DNA of 64,000 nucleotides from Nitrososphaerota archaeon (GTDB lineage: Archaea > Thermoproteota > Nitrososphaeria > Nitrososphaerales > UBA57). Positions 7,566 through 17,684 of the stretch are shown piece by piece. The notes under the pieces are model-generated. The model made no database searches. It was not told the DNA's origin and saw nothing but the letters and a program-made list of their open reading frames with translations. The number at the start of each line of letters is the position of its first letter. Position 1 is the stretch's first letter. A program made the translations under genes and the position numbers. The stretch lies in assembly GCA_002713205.1 (NCBI GenBank), contig PAVW01000006.1:4779-68778 (forward strand). The letters are read 5' to 3'.

Positions 7566-10500
7566 TTATTGTTTAGCAGTTTCTACAATAGTGAGTGTAT
7601 TATTACTGAGCCAATCAAGACCGTCAACAAAAACTTCAGCCAACTCAATGGTCGTGATTACAGGAATCCCTAGTTCAACTGCTTTTCTGCGTATAAGATA
7701 TTCGTCTTCTATTATAGAATCAGCATTTTTGGAAGATTTAAGCATAGGAACGTTGATGATTAAATCGAATTCACGTTTAATTAAATAATCTTCTAAATTG
7801 GGCTTCCTTTCGTATTCTCCAATTTTATAGAGTGCAATAGAATCAATATTATTAGAATCAAGAAAATCAGCAGTGTGTTCAGTAGCAAATATCTTAAAGC
7901 CAAGTTCAGAGAATTTTTTTAGTACGGGTAAGAGTTTTTGTTTTTTCTCAGTACCGCCAATACTTACAAGTATGCTACCGTTTTTACGTGGTATATTATA
8001 ACCAGCAGAGATTAGTGATTTAAGAAAAGCATCGTAGAAGTTTTTACCAAAACATGCAACTTCACCAGTTGATTGCATTTCGACTCCAAGATTAGGATCA
8101 GCGCCATCTAACTGCATAAAAGAAAACTGAGGAACCTTTACGCCAACATATTGAATATTTCTATAATTAGGGAGATTTGAAGAAATCTTGCGGCCTAATA
8201 GTGCATTAGCAGATATTTGCATAAGATTCACACCGCTATATTTCGACACAAATGGCATAGATCTAGAGGCTCTTAGGTTACATTCAATAACTGAAACGGA
8301 TCCATCTTTAACAATAAATTGAGTATTAAATGGTCCTTTAATTTGAAGTTGCTTTGCAATTTTGTTTGTATAGTCAATAATAAGTGCTTCTTCACTAGGA
8401 TCTAGAGTTCTTGGCGGAATAGTCATTATTGCATCTCCAGAATGTACACCAGCTTTTTCTATATGTTCAAGAATTGCACCAATAAATACATCATCGCCAT
8501 CAGATACTGCATCTACTTCTATTTCTCGGGCATCCTCAATGAATTTACTAACAACGACAGGATAATCAGTATTAACTTTTGCAGCGTTTTCAAGAAATGT
8601 TTTAAGATTATCATTAGTCCAGATTACTCTCATTGCTGCACCACTAAGAACATAAGAAGGCCTTACGAGAAGAGGATATTTTTGTTCATTAGCAAATTTA
8701 TATGCACTATCTAGAGAAGTGAATGTTTGCCATGATGGTTGAGAGACGCCAATTTCATCTAATAATGCACTAAATTTCTCACGATTTTCTGCTCGATCAA
8801 TATTAGAACTAGAAGTTCCAAACAATTTAACATCATAATTTTGTAATTGATTAACAAGGTTATTTGCAATTTGTCCACCAACACATGTAACAAGACCATC
8901 TGGTTTTTCTTTATCATAAATATCAAGAATTCTTTCAAGTGTAATTTCTTCGAAATATAAACTATCACTCATGTCATAATCAGTAGAAACAGTTTCAGGA
9001 TTACAATTTACAACTATAATATCATAGCCATGTTCCTTTAATGCCCACACCATATTCATTGTAGACCAATCGAATTCAACCGAGCTACCAATTCTATATG
9101 TGCCAGCACCTAGAACGATAAGTTTTTTCTTATTAGAAGGTTTAACGTCGTCAAGAGAACCATCATAGGTTATATACAGATAATTTGTTTGTGCAGGCCA
9201 TTCAGCTGCAAGCGTATCAATTTGTTTAGTTCTGGGTAAAATATCATGATTTATTCGTATTTTGCGGACTTCAGATTCGTCTTTATTAAAATAAAGAGAC
9301 AGTTGTTTGTCTGAAAATCCTTTTTTCTTTGCCTCAAGAATAAGTAATTTATCACTTGGATCGGGATTTTCCAATAGTTTACGTTCAACATTAACAACGT
9401 TATTGATTTTATCAACAAACCATTTGTCTATAGTAGATATTCTTGATATTTCTTCAGGAGTAATATTTGAACGTAGAGATTCAACTATATGAAAAAGAAT
9501 TTCATCAGTAAAGTGAACCAGATTATCTTTAAGAGTTTCAGGATTAGAATCAGTATGGGAATCAGGTTGGCACAACCCTAATTTATCTATATCGACCATA
9601 CGAATAGCTTTTTGAAGAGCCTCTTCGAAAGAACTTCCTATAGACATAATTTCTCCAACGGATTTCATTTGCGTACCGATTTTTCTTGACACATTTTCAA
9701 ACTTTTTAAGGTCCCATCGAGGCATTTTAACCACAATATAATCAAGAGAGGGTTCAAAACAAGCAGTAGTTACACCAGTAACTTGATTGAAAAGTTCAGG
9801 AAGAGTTTTACCCAATATAACTTTGGCAGCTAGGTAAGCTAAAGGATATCCAGTTGCTTTTGATGCAAGTGCAGAAGAACGTGACAACCTTGCATTTATT
9901 TCAATTACATTATATTCTTCAGAATTAGGATCTAAAGAGAATTGGACATTACATTCGCCTATAATGTCACAAGCAGTTGCTGCTTTAATTGCTATTTCAC
10001 GTAATTTATGATATTCACGATTAGTAATTGTTTGTGATGGAGCTACAACAATATTGTCACCTGTGTGGACTTTCATTCCAAGAACATTTTCCATATTACA
10101 AACAGTGACACAATTTCCATCAGAATCACGCATTATTTCGTATTCAATCTGTTTCCAATCTCCAAGATATTCTTCAATTAATACTTGGTTTGTCAAACTA
10201 TTGGCAATTCCTTTGATAACAATCTCGTCAAGTTCATATTCATTATGAGCTACTCCACCACCCTTACCACCTAATGTATAAGCTGCACGAATCATAACTG
10301 GATAACCAAGTTCTCGAACCAATTCTTTGGCTTCTTCGAGAGAATAAACTGCTCGACTTTTCGGCGTATTAATACCTGATTCAGTCATCTTTTGTTTGAA
10401 AAGACCTCTATCTTCAGTAATCTCAATTCCGCGAATTTTAGTACCCAAGACTTTAACATTATATCTAGATAGGACACCTTGTTTGTCAAGTTGAATTCCA

Positions 10501-10787
10501 CAGTTTAATGCAGTTTGGCCACCAAAACTTAGTAAAATGGCGTCTGGACGTTCCTTAGCAATTACTTTAGTAACAAATTCTGGAATAACAGGAATAGAAT
10601 ATACATGAGGGCAGATACGTGAATCAGTCTGAATTGTAGCAATATTTGGATTAACTAATACAGTTTCAATGCCTTCTTCCTTAAGGGCTTTGATACATTG
10701 ACTTCCTGAATAATCAAATTCACCTGCTTCGCCAATTTTTATTGCTCCACTACCAAGAACTAGTATTTTGTTAATTTCATTAGTCAA
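7566..10787 (-). CDS. carB: Carbamoyl-phosphate synthase large subunit
   Basis: 1073 aa with duplicated ATP-grasp halves and an MGS-like C-terminus. The N-terminus ILVLGSGAIKIGEAGEFDYSGSQ is diagnostic. Confidence 0.95.
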   Translation of the reverse strand: MTNEINKILVLGSGAIKIGEAGEFDYSGSQCIKALKEEGIETVLVNPNIATIQTDSRICPHVYSIPVIPEFVTKVIAKERPDAILLSFGGQTALNCGIQLDKQGVLSRYNVKVLGTKIRGIEITEDRGLFKQKMTESGINTPKSRAVYSLEEAKELVRELGYPVMIRAAYTLGGKGGGVAHNEYELDEIVIKGIANSLTNQVLIEEYLGDWKQIEYEIMRDSDGNCVTVCNMENVLGMKVHTGDNIVVAPSQTITNREYHKLREIAIKAATACDIIGECNVQFSLDPNSEEYNVIEINARLSRSSALASKATGYPLAYLAAKVILGKTLPELFNQVTGVTTACFEPSLDYIVVKMPRWDLKKFENVSRKIGTQMKSVGEIMSIGSSFEEALQKAIRMVDIDKLGLCQPDSHTDSNPETLKDNLVHFTDEILFHIVESLRSNITPEEISRISTIDKWFVDKINNVVNVERKLLENPDPSDKLLILEAKKKGFSDKQLSLYFNKDESEVRKIRINHDILPRTKQIDTLAAEWPAQTNYLYITYDGSLDDVKPSNKKKLIVLGAGTYRIGSSVEFDWSTMNMVWALKEHGYDIIVVNCNPETVSTDYDMSDSLYFEEITLERILDIYDKEKPDGLVTCVGGQIANNLVNQLQNYDVKLFGTSSSNIDRAENREKFSALLDEIGVSQPSWQTFTSLDSAYKFANEQKYPLLVRPSYVLSGAAMRVIWTNDNLKTFLENAAKVNTDYPVVVSKFIEDAREIEVDAVSDGDDVFIGAILEHIEKAGVHSGDAIMTIPPRTLDPSEEALIIDYTNKIAKQLQIKGPFNTQFIVKDGSVSVIECNLRASRSMPFVSKYSGVNLMQISANALLGRKISSNLPNYRNIQYVGVKVPQFSFMQLDGADPNLGVEMQSTGEVACFGKNFYDAFLKSLISAGYNIPRKNGSILVSIGGTEKKQKLLPVLKKFSELGFKIFATEHTADFLDSNNIDSIALYKIGEYERKPNLEDYLIKREFDLIINVPMLKSSKNADSIIEDEYLIRRKAVELGIPVITTIELAEVFVDGLDWLSNNTLTIVETAKQ

Positions 10788-11914
10788 GTTAAATCACCGC
10801 CAATCATATCAAAGAAAACATCAAAGACATAAGAAGTGTCATAAGGACCAGGGTGTGCTTCAGGATGAAATTGTACTGCAATGCAAGAATTGTTTTTATG
10901 TTTAACACCTTCCAAAGAATTATCGTCAAGATTAACAAACCAAGGTTGTAAGTCTGTATTTGATAAAGAAGTTGAATCAACAGCATATCCATGATTTTGG
11001 CTGGTAACATAACTTCTTCCACTAATTAAATCACAACAAGATTTATTTTGACCTCTATGTCCGTATTGTAATTTATAAGTTGATGCTCCAAGTGCCAGTG
11101 AGATTAATTGATGACCTAAACATATTCCCAAAGTTGGAATGGAAGAGTTACAAATTCTATTGATGGTATCAAGATATTCAGTACAACGTTGTGGATCCCC
11201 TGGGCCATTACTAACAATTATTCCTTTAGGGTTGTATGCCATTATTTGTTCAAAGTTGTAATTATATGGAACCACTATAGCTGAATAGTTTCGTTTCAGT
11301 ACATTCCTAATAATGCCGTTCTTTACACCAAAATCTAAGATTACTACATTATCTACATAATTACCATAGACTTTAGGTGATTTAGTACTAACATATTTAA
11401 AAAATTCAAATGTTTCATAAGATTTAGCTTTACTAAGAATAGAATCAAGCGCTATATCATTTTGTTCATTACTAATAACACCCATCATAACGCCAGATTC
11501 TCTTATTTTGAGAGTGAGGCTTCTAGTATCAATATTACAAATTCCTGTTATTTCTTCTGATTTTAGCCATTCGTCAAATGTTCTTGTAGAACTCCAATGA
11601 TTAGGAGATTCACAGAGTTCATTTATAATAATACCATTAGGTTGAATTTTTGTGGATTCAAAATGAGTTGGAAGAGAAAATTCATCAAGGTCGGAATAAT
11701 CAGGAACACCATAATTACCAATTAATGGATAAGTAAACGACAATAATTGTCCGCCATAAGATGGATCAGTTAATGATTCAGTATACCCTACCATTCCAGT
11801 ATTAAAGACTACTTCACCTACAACAGTAGAAGGTTTGCCAAAACCTTGACCAAAGTATTTAGTGCCATCCTCTAATAGAAGTACTGCATCAGATTCTATA
11901 GAAGTATTCATCAA
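10784..11914 (-). CDS. carA: Carbamoyl-phosphate synthase small (glutaminase) subunit
   Basis: 376 aa with class I glutamine amidotransferase motifs GICLGHQL and HPE. It overlaps the carB start by 4 nt. Confidence 0.95.
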   Translation of the reverse strand: MMNTSIESDAVLLLEDGTKYFGQGFGKPSTVVGEVVFNTGMVGYTESLTDPSYGGQLLSFTYPLIGNYGVPDYSDLDEFSLPTHFESTKIQPNGIIINELCESPNHWSSTRTFDEWLKSEEITGICNIDTRSLTLKIRESGVMMGVISNEQNDIALDSILSKAKSYETFEFFKYVSTKSPKVYGNYVDNVVILDFGVKNGIIRNVLKRNYSAIVVPYNYNFEQIMAYNPKGIIVSNGPGDPQRCTEYLDTINRICNSSIPTLGICLGHQLISLALGASTYKLQYGHRGQNKSCCDLISGRSYVTSQNHGYAVDSTSLSNTDLQPWFVNLDDNSLEGVKHKNNSCIAVQFHPEAHPGPYDTSYVFDVFFDMIGGDLT

Positions 11915-11944
11915 TAATTAAATTCATATTGGCAATATAAGATT

Positions 11945-13189
11945 TTAATTTTTGGTGAGAGACAAACGTAAAAGAATAGGGCTAGAAATTGTGCTAACCA
12001 TAATCACACCCATCAAAATTGTATAGGCATAACTGTCAATCATCCCAACAGAATATCCAATTCCTGCAACGACTATTCCTACTTCACCCCGTGATGCCAT
12101 TCCTATACCAATTCGTTGAGCTTTAATTTTATCACGTAAGAATACAAATGCAGGAATACCACAACCGATAAATTTACCTATCATAGCCAATACTAAAATT
12201 ACTCCAAATGCAAAAAGATCCATACTAAATATTTCTATAATATTTATTTGAGCTCCAACATATGCAAAAAATATTGGGGCAAAAATAATTCTAATATGAT
12301 TAGTAAAGATTTCAATTTGATGCTTAAACTGTGAACCCGCAATGGCCATACCTGCAGCGAATGTTCCAACAATTGGTGATAATCCAATGTAATATGCAAT
12401 TGCACCCCAAACTAGAATGATAAAAATTGTTAATGTTTCAAGTGTTGAAGGTACATTAGGAAATTTTTCGGTGGCGTCGGTTAATTTTAGATCTTGAGTG
12501 CGAGATGCAATGACATTTAGAAATTTTGGTAACAAATAGACTGAACCCAATAAAAGACCTACCCATAATGAAAGAGTCAATACTGTAGTGGATACAATGC
12601 TAGCTAAACCAGGAATTGAACCAGTACTTCCAATTGCAAGTACAACACCAAGAACAGTAAGACCCAATACATCATCTACTACAGCAGCATATATCATAAT
12701 TTCAGATTCGATATTCTTTAATTGATCAAGTTCTTCAAGAGTTCTTATTGTAATGGCAATACTGGTAGCAGTTAAAGCAGTAGCAATAAGTATTGATTCA
12801 AGTGATTCGAAACCGACATATAGACTTCCATAATAACCCAATATAAACGGTATAACAACTCCTGCAGTTCCTATAACAAATGCAGGCAAGCCAGCTTTTC
12901 TAAATTGTTTAAATGTAAATTCTAATCCTGCGCTAAATAAAATAATCATACCTCCAATCTCAAAGAAAGTTTCAAGAACATAATTTTCGTTAATAGGACC
13001 ACTAAAAATAGGTTCACCTGCTAATATAATCAGACCACCTATCGCAAATGGTCCAAAAATCATACCTGCAATAATTTCTCCAATTACTTCAGGAAGTTTT
13101 ACGCGTTTAAAAATCAAAGCAAATATTTTTGCAGTGACTATCAATAGACTTATTGCAAGAATTGTATGAATTGGATTAAAATCAGACAC
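11945..13189 (-). CDS. Cation:proton antiporter (CPA2/Kef-NapA type Na+/H+ exchanger family)
   Basis: 414 aa, about 12 TM. N-terminal LPEVIGEIIAGMIFGP and overall topology are typical of the Na_H_Exchanger family. No C-terminal TrkA domain. Confidence 0.8.
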   Translation of the reverse strand: MSDFNPIHTILAISLLIVTAKIFALIFKRVKLPEVIGEIIAGMIFGPFAIGGLIILAGEPIFSGPINENYVLETFFEIGGMIILFSAGLEFTFKQFRKAGLPAFVIGTAGVVIPFILGYYGSLYVGFESLESILIATALTATSIAITIRTLEELDQLKNIESEIMIYAAVVDDVLGLTVLGVVLAIGSTGSIPGLASIVSTTVLTLSLWVGLLLGSVYLLPKFLNVIASRTQDLKLTDATEKFPNVPSTLETLTIFIILVWGAIAYYIGLSPIVGTFAAGMAIAGSQFKHQIEIFTNHIRIIFAPIFFAYVGAQINIIEIFSMDLFAFGVILVLAMIGKFIGCGIPAFVFLRDKIKAQRIGIGMASRGEVGIVVAGIGYSVGMIDSYAYTILMGVIMVSTISSPILLRLSLTKN

Positions 13190-13308
13190 CGTATATCAAG
13201 TACAATTATAGAAACAGATGTATATAATTTTAACAAGTCAATTTTATTATAGATATAAACACGATCTTTGTTCTTTATCGTTTGCGTTTGACTATCTTTA
13301 GATGGATA

Positions 13309-14013
13309 TTAATTTTGTTTTGGCATGTGGTAGTCTTCGTCGGCAATATTTCCATCTTCAACAGTAATTATACGAGAAGCTTGTTGGGCAACGACAGGAT
13401 CATGAGTAATAAGAATTATAGTTTTTTTGGTATTTTTATTAAGATTGTATAATAAATCTATAATAGACATGGAAGTTTTAGTATCAAGATTTCCTGTAGG
13501 TTCATCTCCAAGAATAATTGGTGGATCAACAGATAAGGCACGAGCTATTGCTACACGTTGTTGTTGACCGCCACTAAGTTGATTAGGATTATTTCGCCAT
13601 CGATCTTCTAATCCTACCATCTTAAGCATCTCATAAGCACGTTTCTTTCTTTTATAAGAATTAACACCAAGAATAGATAATGGAAGTTCTACATTTGCAA
13701 GTGCTGAAAAACGAGAAATTAAATTAAAAGATTGAAATATAAAACCAATTTTTTTATTGCGTAAAAGAGCCAGATGAGAAGAATTAAGAGAGGTTGTTTG
13801 AATTCCATCAATAAATATTTTACCTGAGCTTGGCGTATCTAGAGCTCCAATTAAATTTAATAATGTTGATTTTCCACTTCCTGAAGGTCCCATAATTGCA
13901 ACAAATTCTCCTGTTTGAATTTTTATACTAACGTTATCGAGTGCTATTGTCTCCAGACCTTCGCCAGTATAGACCTTTCTTAATGACTCGGTTTGTAATA
14001 TTTCTGAAGACAA
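13309..14013 (-). CDS. ABC transporter ATP-binding protein (MacB/LolD-like)
   Basis: Walker [10 protein letters not shown], signature [15 protein letters not shown], Walker [13 protein letters not shown]-loop ITHD. Confidence 0.9.
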   Translation of the reverse strand: MSSEILQTESLRKVYTGEGLETIALDNVSIKIQTGEFVAIMGPSGSGKSTLLNLIGALDTPSSGKIFIDGIQTTSLNSSHLALLRNKKIGFIFQSFNLISRFSALANVELPLSILGVNSYKRKKRAYEMLKMVGLEDRWRNNPNQLSGGQQQRVAIARALSVDPPIILGDEPTGNLDTKTSMSIIDLLYNLNKNTKKTIILITHDPVVAQQASRIITVEDGNIADEDYHMPKQN

Positions 14014-14022
14014 TTTATCTAC

Positions 14023-16791
14023 CTAGAATGGTTGATTATTGTTTCGGCGTCGCATAAGTAAGATTACAATAATAAAAACAAATATACCAGTTCCTATCAT
14101 TGTTGGCGTATTAAAAAATTGTAATGAACTAGGACAATCATCTTGTTGTGATGCAAATGGTAATAAAAGATTATTCGATTCAGGACAGTTCTGAACGTTT
14201 GTAGAAATAGAATCCGATATACTTCCATCTATATTCAAGTTAAAGAATTCTGAAATAGCATATGTATTTCCATATGAATCATCATAACTAATTACTAGTT
14301 CAATTGGAATTTGTCCATTTGGTGATGATTCACTAACTTGGAATTTAAGGCTAAAAGGAACAAGCGAATCTGGATCAACTTCACCAATATATTGAGTGCT
14401 TTCAGAATTAGTCAGAATAGAATTAGACGGAGCAATGGATAGAGTCAAAAATTGCGCTTCTTTATCACCTATATTCAATATACTACCGATAAAACTGGCA
14501 TTGCCTCCAGAAGGAATAATAGTAGGGGAAAAAGTCACTGAACTAGATTTAATATCAATATTTCCTCGAATGGTAAATCCCATCTGCCGAATTTCATCAT
14601 GATGAATGCCATTAATATCTAAATAAGATATAGAGATTTGTATTGGAAAAGAGCTATCAGTGAAACTAAGGGAAGTAAAAATATCAGGACTTATTGTAAC
14701 GGATTCCAATGAATCTAATCTATCGAATTTCCAAGTAGAACTTCCAGAATTTAAAAATATAGGAAAAGAATTTTGAACAGAAATAAATTGTAAATCTAGT
14801 ACCAGATTTGATATAGGTTCATCGTCAATATTCTGTATTATAATGTCAGATTTAGTCACACGGCCCGATTGTAATATATTATCAGGTACTTCGATAGAAA
14901 TTGGTGAAGACCAGCATGCTGGAAGTAACCAAACCATATTAGGAGCAGAACAATCTTCCTTAACTACAATTCCAATTTCTTGAATTTCTTGATATATTTC
15001 CCCATTGGCAGTACGATATGAAACAGTTATTGACACAAAGTATAATCCTTGTTGAGCAGTCGGAGATACATACGTTTTAAAAGTTAATGATTTTAGATCA
15101 CCTGATTCCAACAAGCCTATTTTTCTCTCAGTATCACCTTCAGCAGTACTTAAGAAGCCTTGAGAATTAGAATAGGATAATAAAACTTTGAGTGAGTAAA
15201 CAGGTGCGCTTCCTATATTATCTATATCAATTACTAAATCGTTTAAAGTTCCAATGAAGAAGACATTTTCGTCTAGATTAATATCAATATCACTAACTCC
15301 TTCTATATTTATAGAAAATAAAACACTATCAGAACGCAAAATAGAATCCTTATCTAGATATGAAAGATCAATACTAATGGTATAAGTTCCTAAAGTTGCA
15401 TCATCATTTATGTTAATTAAAAATTCTGCAGATGTGGTAGAACCACTTGATACGACATTACCGAAAGAGCTAGAGATAAAATTATTATTAGTAGTTGTAA
15501 ATGGATTAGTTAGCACAAGGGTACCTTGAATACCACTAATAGGACCTGTATCTCGATTTTGGATTACAATTGTAAGTCCAACACCCTTATCCCCAGGTTC
15601 AACATTTATTTTGTTGTTATCAGAACCCCAAAATGCATCTACAAGTACAATTCCTCGCCGACTCATTTCATCAATTCGAATATTAATTGTACGAGTTTCT
15701 AAGATGTCATTACCAAATGAATCTGTATAAACCATATTACAGGTCAATTGGAAAGTTTGTCCAGCAGTAGAAATTGGAGCAAATATTGATGGCATAAGTG
15801 TAACTGAGCTATTAGGTGAAAGTGAGCTAAATTTCCATTTATTATCTGAGCTTATTAGACTTAATGGTGGAGGAATAGTAATAGAAAAATCCACAGAGCC
15901 TGTACGTCTTGTTCCTTCATTAGTAATAATAAGTTCTAGATCGTTAGATTGGTTTGGAGAAAATGTCTGCATATTTGAAGTAATTTTCAAAAAACTACGT
16001 CCAGTTATTTGAACTTTAATTTCTCTATCTATAGATGTACCAATTATAGAATCAATAGTTTTATAATTAACAATCAATGGTAATTTTAGAAGTTCTAATT
16101 TAGCAGTATCATCAATATCAACTAAAAAGTTAAAAGATAAACTGTTTCCAGACTTTAACGTAGTAGAAGAAATATCAAACAATCGATTGCCGCCAGTACG
16201 ATTTGTCAAATGTCGAGGAAGAGTAATAGTAATAGAAACATCAGTAATATCAAAATAACCACCATGTCTAATAATAACATTCAAATTAGAACCTAGATCT
16301 CCAGGGGCTACCTCAATTGGAACTTCTTGCGTACCCCAATCGGAAAAGAGAATTTCAAATTGTGTAACGAATATCTTCAATTCATAATTACCAGTACCTG
16401 AGAATTTTCTTCCGGATATTTTTAAGTAATAATGACCCGATTCTAATACCGTATAATCAATTGATTCATCTTCACCTGTACGTTTTTTTGACGAAGCTAA
16501 TTCAATTTCATTATTATCTGCACTGTCTGGATCAAACAAAAATAGATTTAAATCGCTACCAGAAGGAACATCAAGCAATATAGAAATGTCTTGACCTGCA
16601 AGAACATGAATTTTATAATAAACTTCAACACTATACCCTTCCGCCCATGTTCCATCGATTTGACCAGAGGAAATTAATTCTGCATTGGAGATGGAGCTTT
16701 CTGCATTAACAGGAGGAATAATTAAGAACAATTGACTAAGAAGAAGAATCAAAACAAGGAATATCACTAATAGGGATTTAATATTATACAT
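14023..16791 (-). CDS. Large surface protein with signal peptide, PPC-like domain, repeated beta-sandwich domains and a C-terminal TM anchor
   Basis: 922 aa. The N-terminal hydrophobic leader ends ...PPVNAE. The pre-peptidase-C-terminal-like segment includes DLNLFLFDPD and GHYYLKISG...GNYELKI. The long Ser/Thr/Asn-rich beta-type region resembles COG1361/CARDB-type archaeal envelope proteins. C-terminal helix GTGIFVFIIVILLM is followed by RRRNNN. It lies 9 nt upstream of the ABC ATPase. Confidence 0.6.
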   Translation of the reverse strand: MYNIKSLLVIFLVLILLLSQLFLIIPPVNAESSISNAELISSGQIDGTWAEGYSVEVYYKIHVLAGQDISILLDVPSGSDLNLFLFDPDSADNNEIELASSKKRTGEDESIDYTVLESGHYYLKISGRKFSGTGNYELKIFVTQFEILFSDWGTQEVPIEVAPGDLGSNLNVIIRHGGYFDITDVSITITLPRHLTNRTGGNRLFDISSTTLKSGNSLSFNFLVDIDDTAKLELLKLPLIVNYKTIDSIIGTSIDREIKVQITGRSFLKITSNMQTFSPNQSNDLELIITNEGTRRTGSVDFSITIPPPLSLISSDNKWKFSSLSPNSSVTLMPSIFAPISTAGQTFQLTCNMVYTDSFGNDILETRTINIRIDEMSRRGIVLVDAFWGSDNNKINVEPGDKGVGLTIVIQNRDTGPISGIQGTLVLTNPFTTTNNNFISSSFGNVVSSGSTTSAEFLININDDATLGTYTISIDLSYLDKDSILRSDSVLFSINIEGVSDIDINLDENVFFIGTLNDLVIDIDNIGSAPVYSLKVLLSYSNSQGFLSTAEGDTERKIGLLESGDLKSLTFKTYVSPTAQQGLYFVSITVSYRTANGEIYQEIQEIGIVVKEDCSAPNMVWLLPACWSSPISIEVPDNILQSGRVTKSDIIIQNIDDEPISNLVLDLQFISVQNSFPIFLNSGSSTWKFDRLDSLESVTISPDIFTSLSFTDSSFPIQISISYLDINGIHHDEIRQMGFTIRGNIDIKSSSVTFSPTIIPSGGNASFIGSILNIGDKEAQFLTLSIAPSNSILTNSESTQYIGEVDPDSLVPFSLKFQVSESSPNGQIPIELVISYDDSYGNTYAISEFFNLNIDGSISDSISTNVQNCPESNNLLLPFASQQDDCPSSLQFFNTPTMIGTGIFVFIIVILLMRRRNNNQPF

Positions 16792-16888
16792 ATTGAATCA
16801 TGTTGACTATCAATAGATATAATAATTGCTATTAAAAAAAATACCATTAGGCATCATAATATAGAATATAAAAAAACAATTTTAGAAG

Positions 16889-16984
16889 TGGACCGGGAGG
16901 GATTTGAACCCTCGACCTCCCCCATGCCAAGGGGGTATCCTACCAAACTAGACGAATGGCCGTTATAATAAAAAGTTCCAGCCC
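16889..16984 (-). tRNA. tRNA-Ala (GGC) with ~22-nt insertion between the 5' acceptor strand and the D arm
   Basis: Reverse complement reads GGGCTGG[AACTTTTTATTATAACGGCCAT]TC-GTCT-AGTTTGGTA-GGAT-A-CCCCC-TTGGCAT-GGGGG-AGGTC-GAGGG-TTCAAAT-CCCTC-CCGGTCC-A. The acceptor pairing gives the Ala identity pair G3:U70. The exact intron boundaries are uncertain. Confidence 0.6.
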
Positions 16985-17045
16985 GTCGTGAAAAAATATC
17001 CAGTCCATTTATATTAAAAAAACTAATATGCTTAAGTGTTTAAGA

Positions 17046-17492
17046 TTATATGAATTTAATATTATTCTTTTTAAGTTGGTTTTTTATTTGAATTGATATA
17101 TCTTTTAATTCATCATGAGTAAAGTTTTTTCTCAATGGCCAAAAATTATTTCCGGTATCATTATTAAATCGAGGAATAATATGAACATGAACATGAAATA
17201 TATCTTGACTTGCAGCTTTTCCATTGGATTGACCTATATTAACACCATCTGCATGAACAATACCCCATACCACATTTGTCAATATAGAAACAATCTCAAA
17301 TAATTTTGATACGTCATCTTTTTTCATATCAATTATGTAAGGATAATGTTGTTTAGGTAAAACTAACAAATGACCGCGATTTATAGGAAATTTATCCATG
17401 ATGGAGATAAATGATGAATTTTCGAAGATAATAATTGCTTCTTGCGTACCTTGAATAATATCACAAAAAACACATTTTTGCTTCATAATCAT
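17046..17492 (-). CDS. HIT-family nucleotide hydrolase/transferase
   Basis: 148 aa with N-terminal CVFCDII and the histidine triad HVHVHIIPR. Confidence 0.85.
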   Translation of the reverse strand: MIMKQKCVFCDIIQGTQEAIIIFENSSFISIMDKFPINRGHLLVLPKQHYPYIIDMKKDDVSKLFEIVSILTNVVWGIVHADGVNIGQSNGKAASQDIFHVHVHIIPRFNNDTGNNFWPLRKNFTHDELKDISIQIKNQLKKNNIKFI

Positions 17493-17684
17493 TCACAATA
17501 TAATATAAAAAATAAGACTCGTCTATAAATGAACCGAAATCCGATATATTTATATCATGAATAATGTTGGAATTAATTTAACTGCTATGAAAAATAATTC
17601 AGGATTTTCTAAAGTATCAATTTTTGTAGTTATTCGTTTAGTTGTCAATTGACAATAGCGAATTTTTTTGCTGTTTATCATTAA

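Noticed and set aside
7591-10248. Several 60-90-aa ORFs on the plus strand inside the carB locus (7591..7788, 8442..8714, 9307..9492, 10054..10248), plus minus-strand 8759..8968 in another frame
   Set aside because: They are antisense to, or out of frame with, a full-length, highly conserved carB. Their composition is low-complexity and typical of shadow ORFs in AT-rich DNA. The same reasoning applies to the other short ORFs nested in korA, aconitase, malic enzyme, E1beta, E2, the 1476-aa gene and others.
17001-17007. Alternative 5' acceptor strand GGACTGG for the tRNA-Ala, implying a ~45-nt intron
   Set aside because: It pairs with the 3' strand but gives A3:U70 instead of the Ala identity pair G3:U70. 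The nearer GGGCTGG (16978-16984) satisfies both.
17642-17655. Perfect 14-bp palindrome TTGTCAATTGACAA as a stand-alone transcription-factor operator
   Set aside because: My rough estimate is that an AT-rich 64-kb window contains on the order of ten such 7+7 palindromes by chance. It is only reported in the context of the uORF/T-tract arrangement, not as an operator call.
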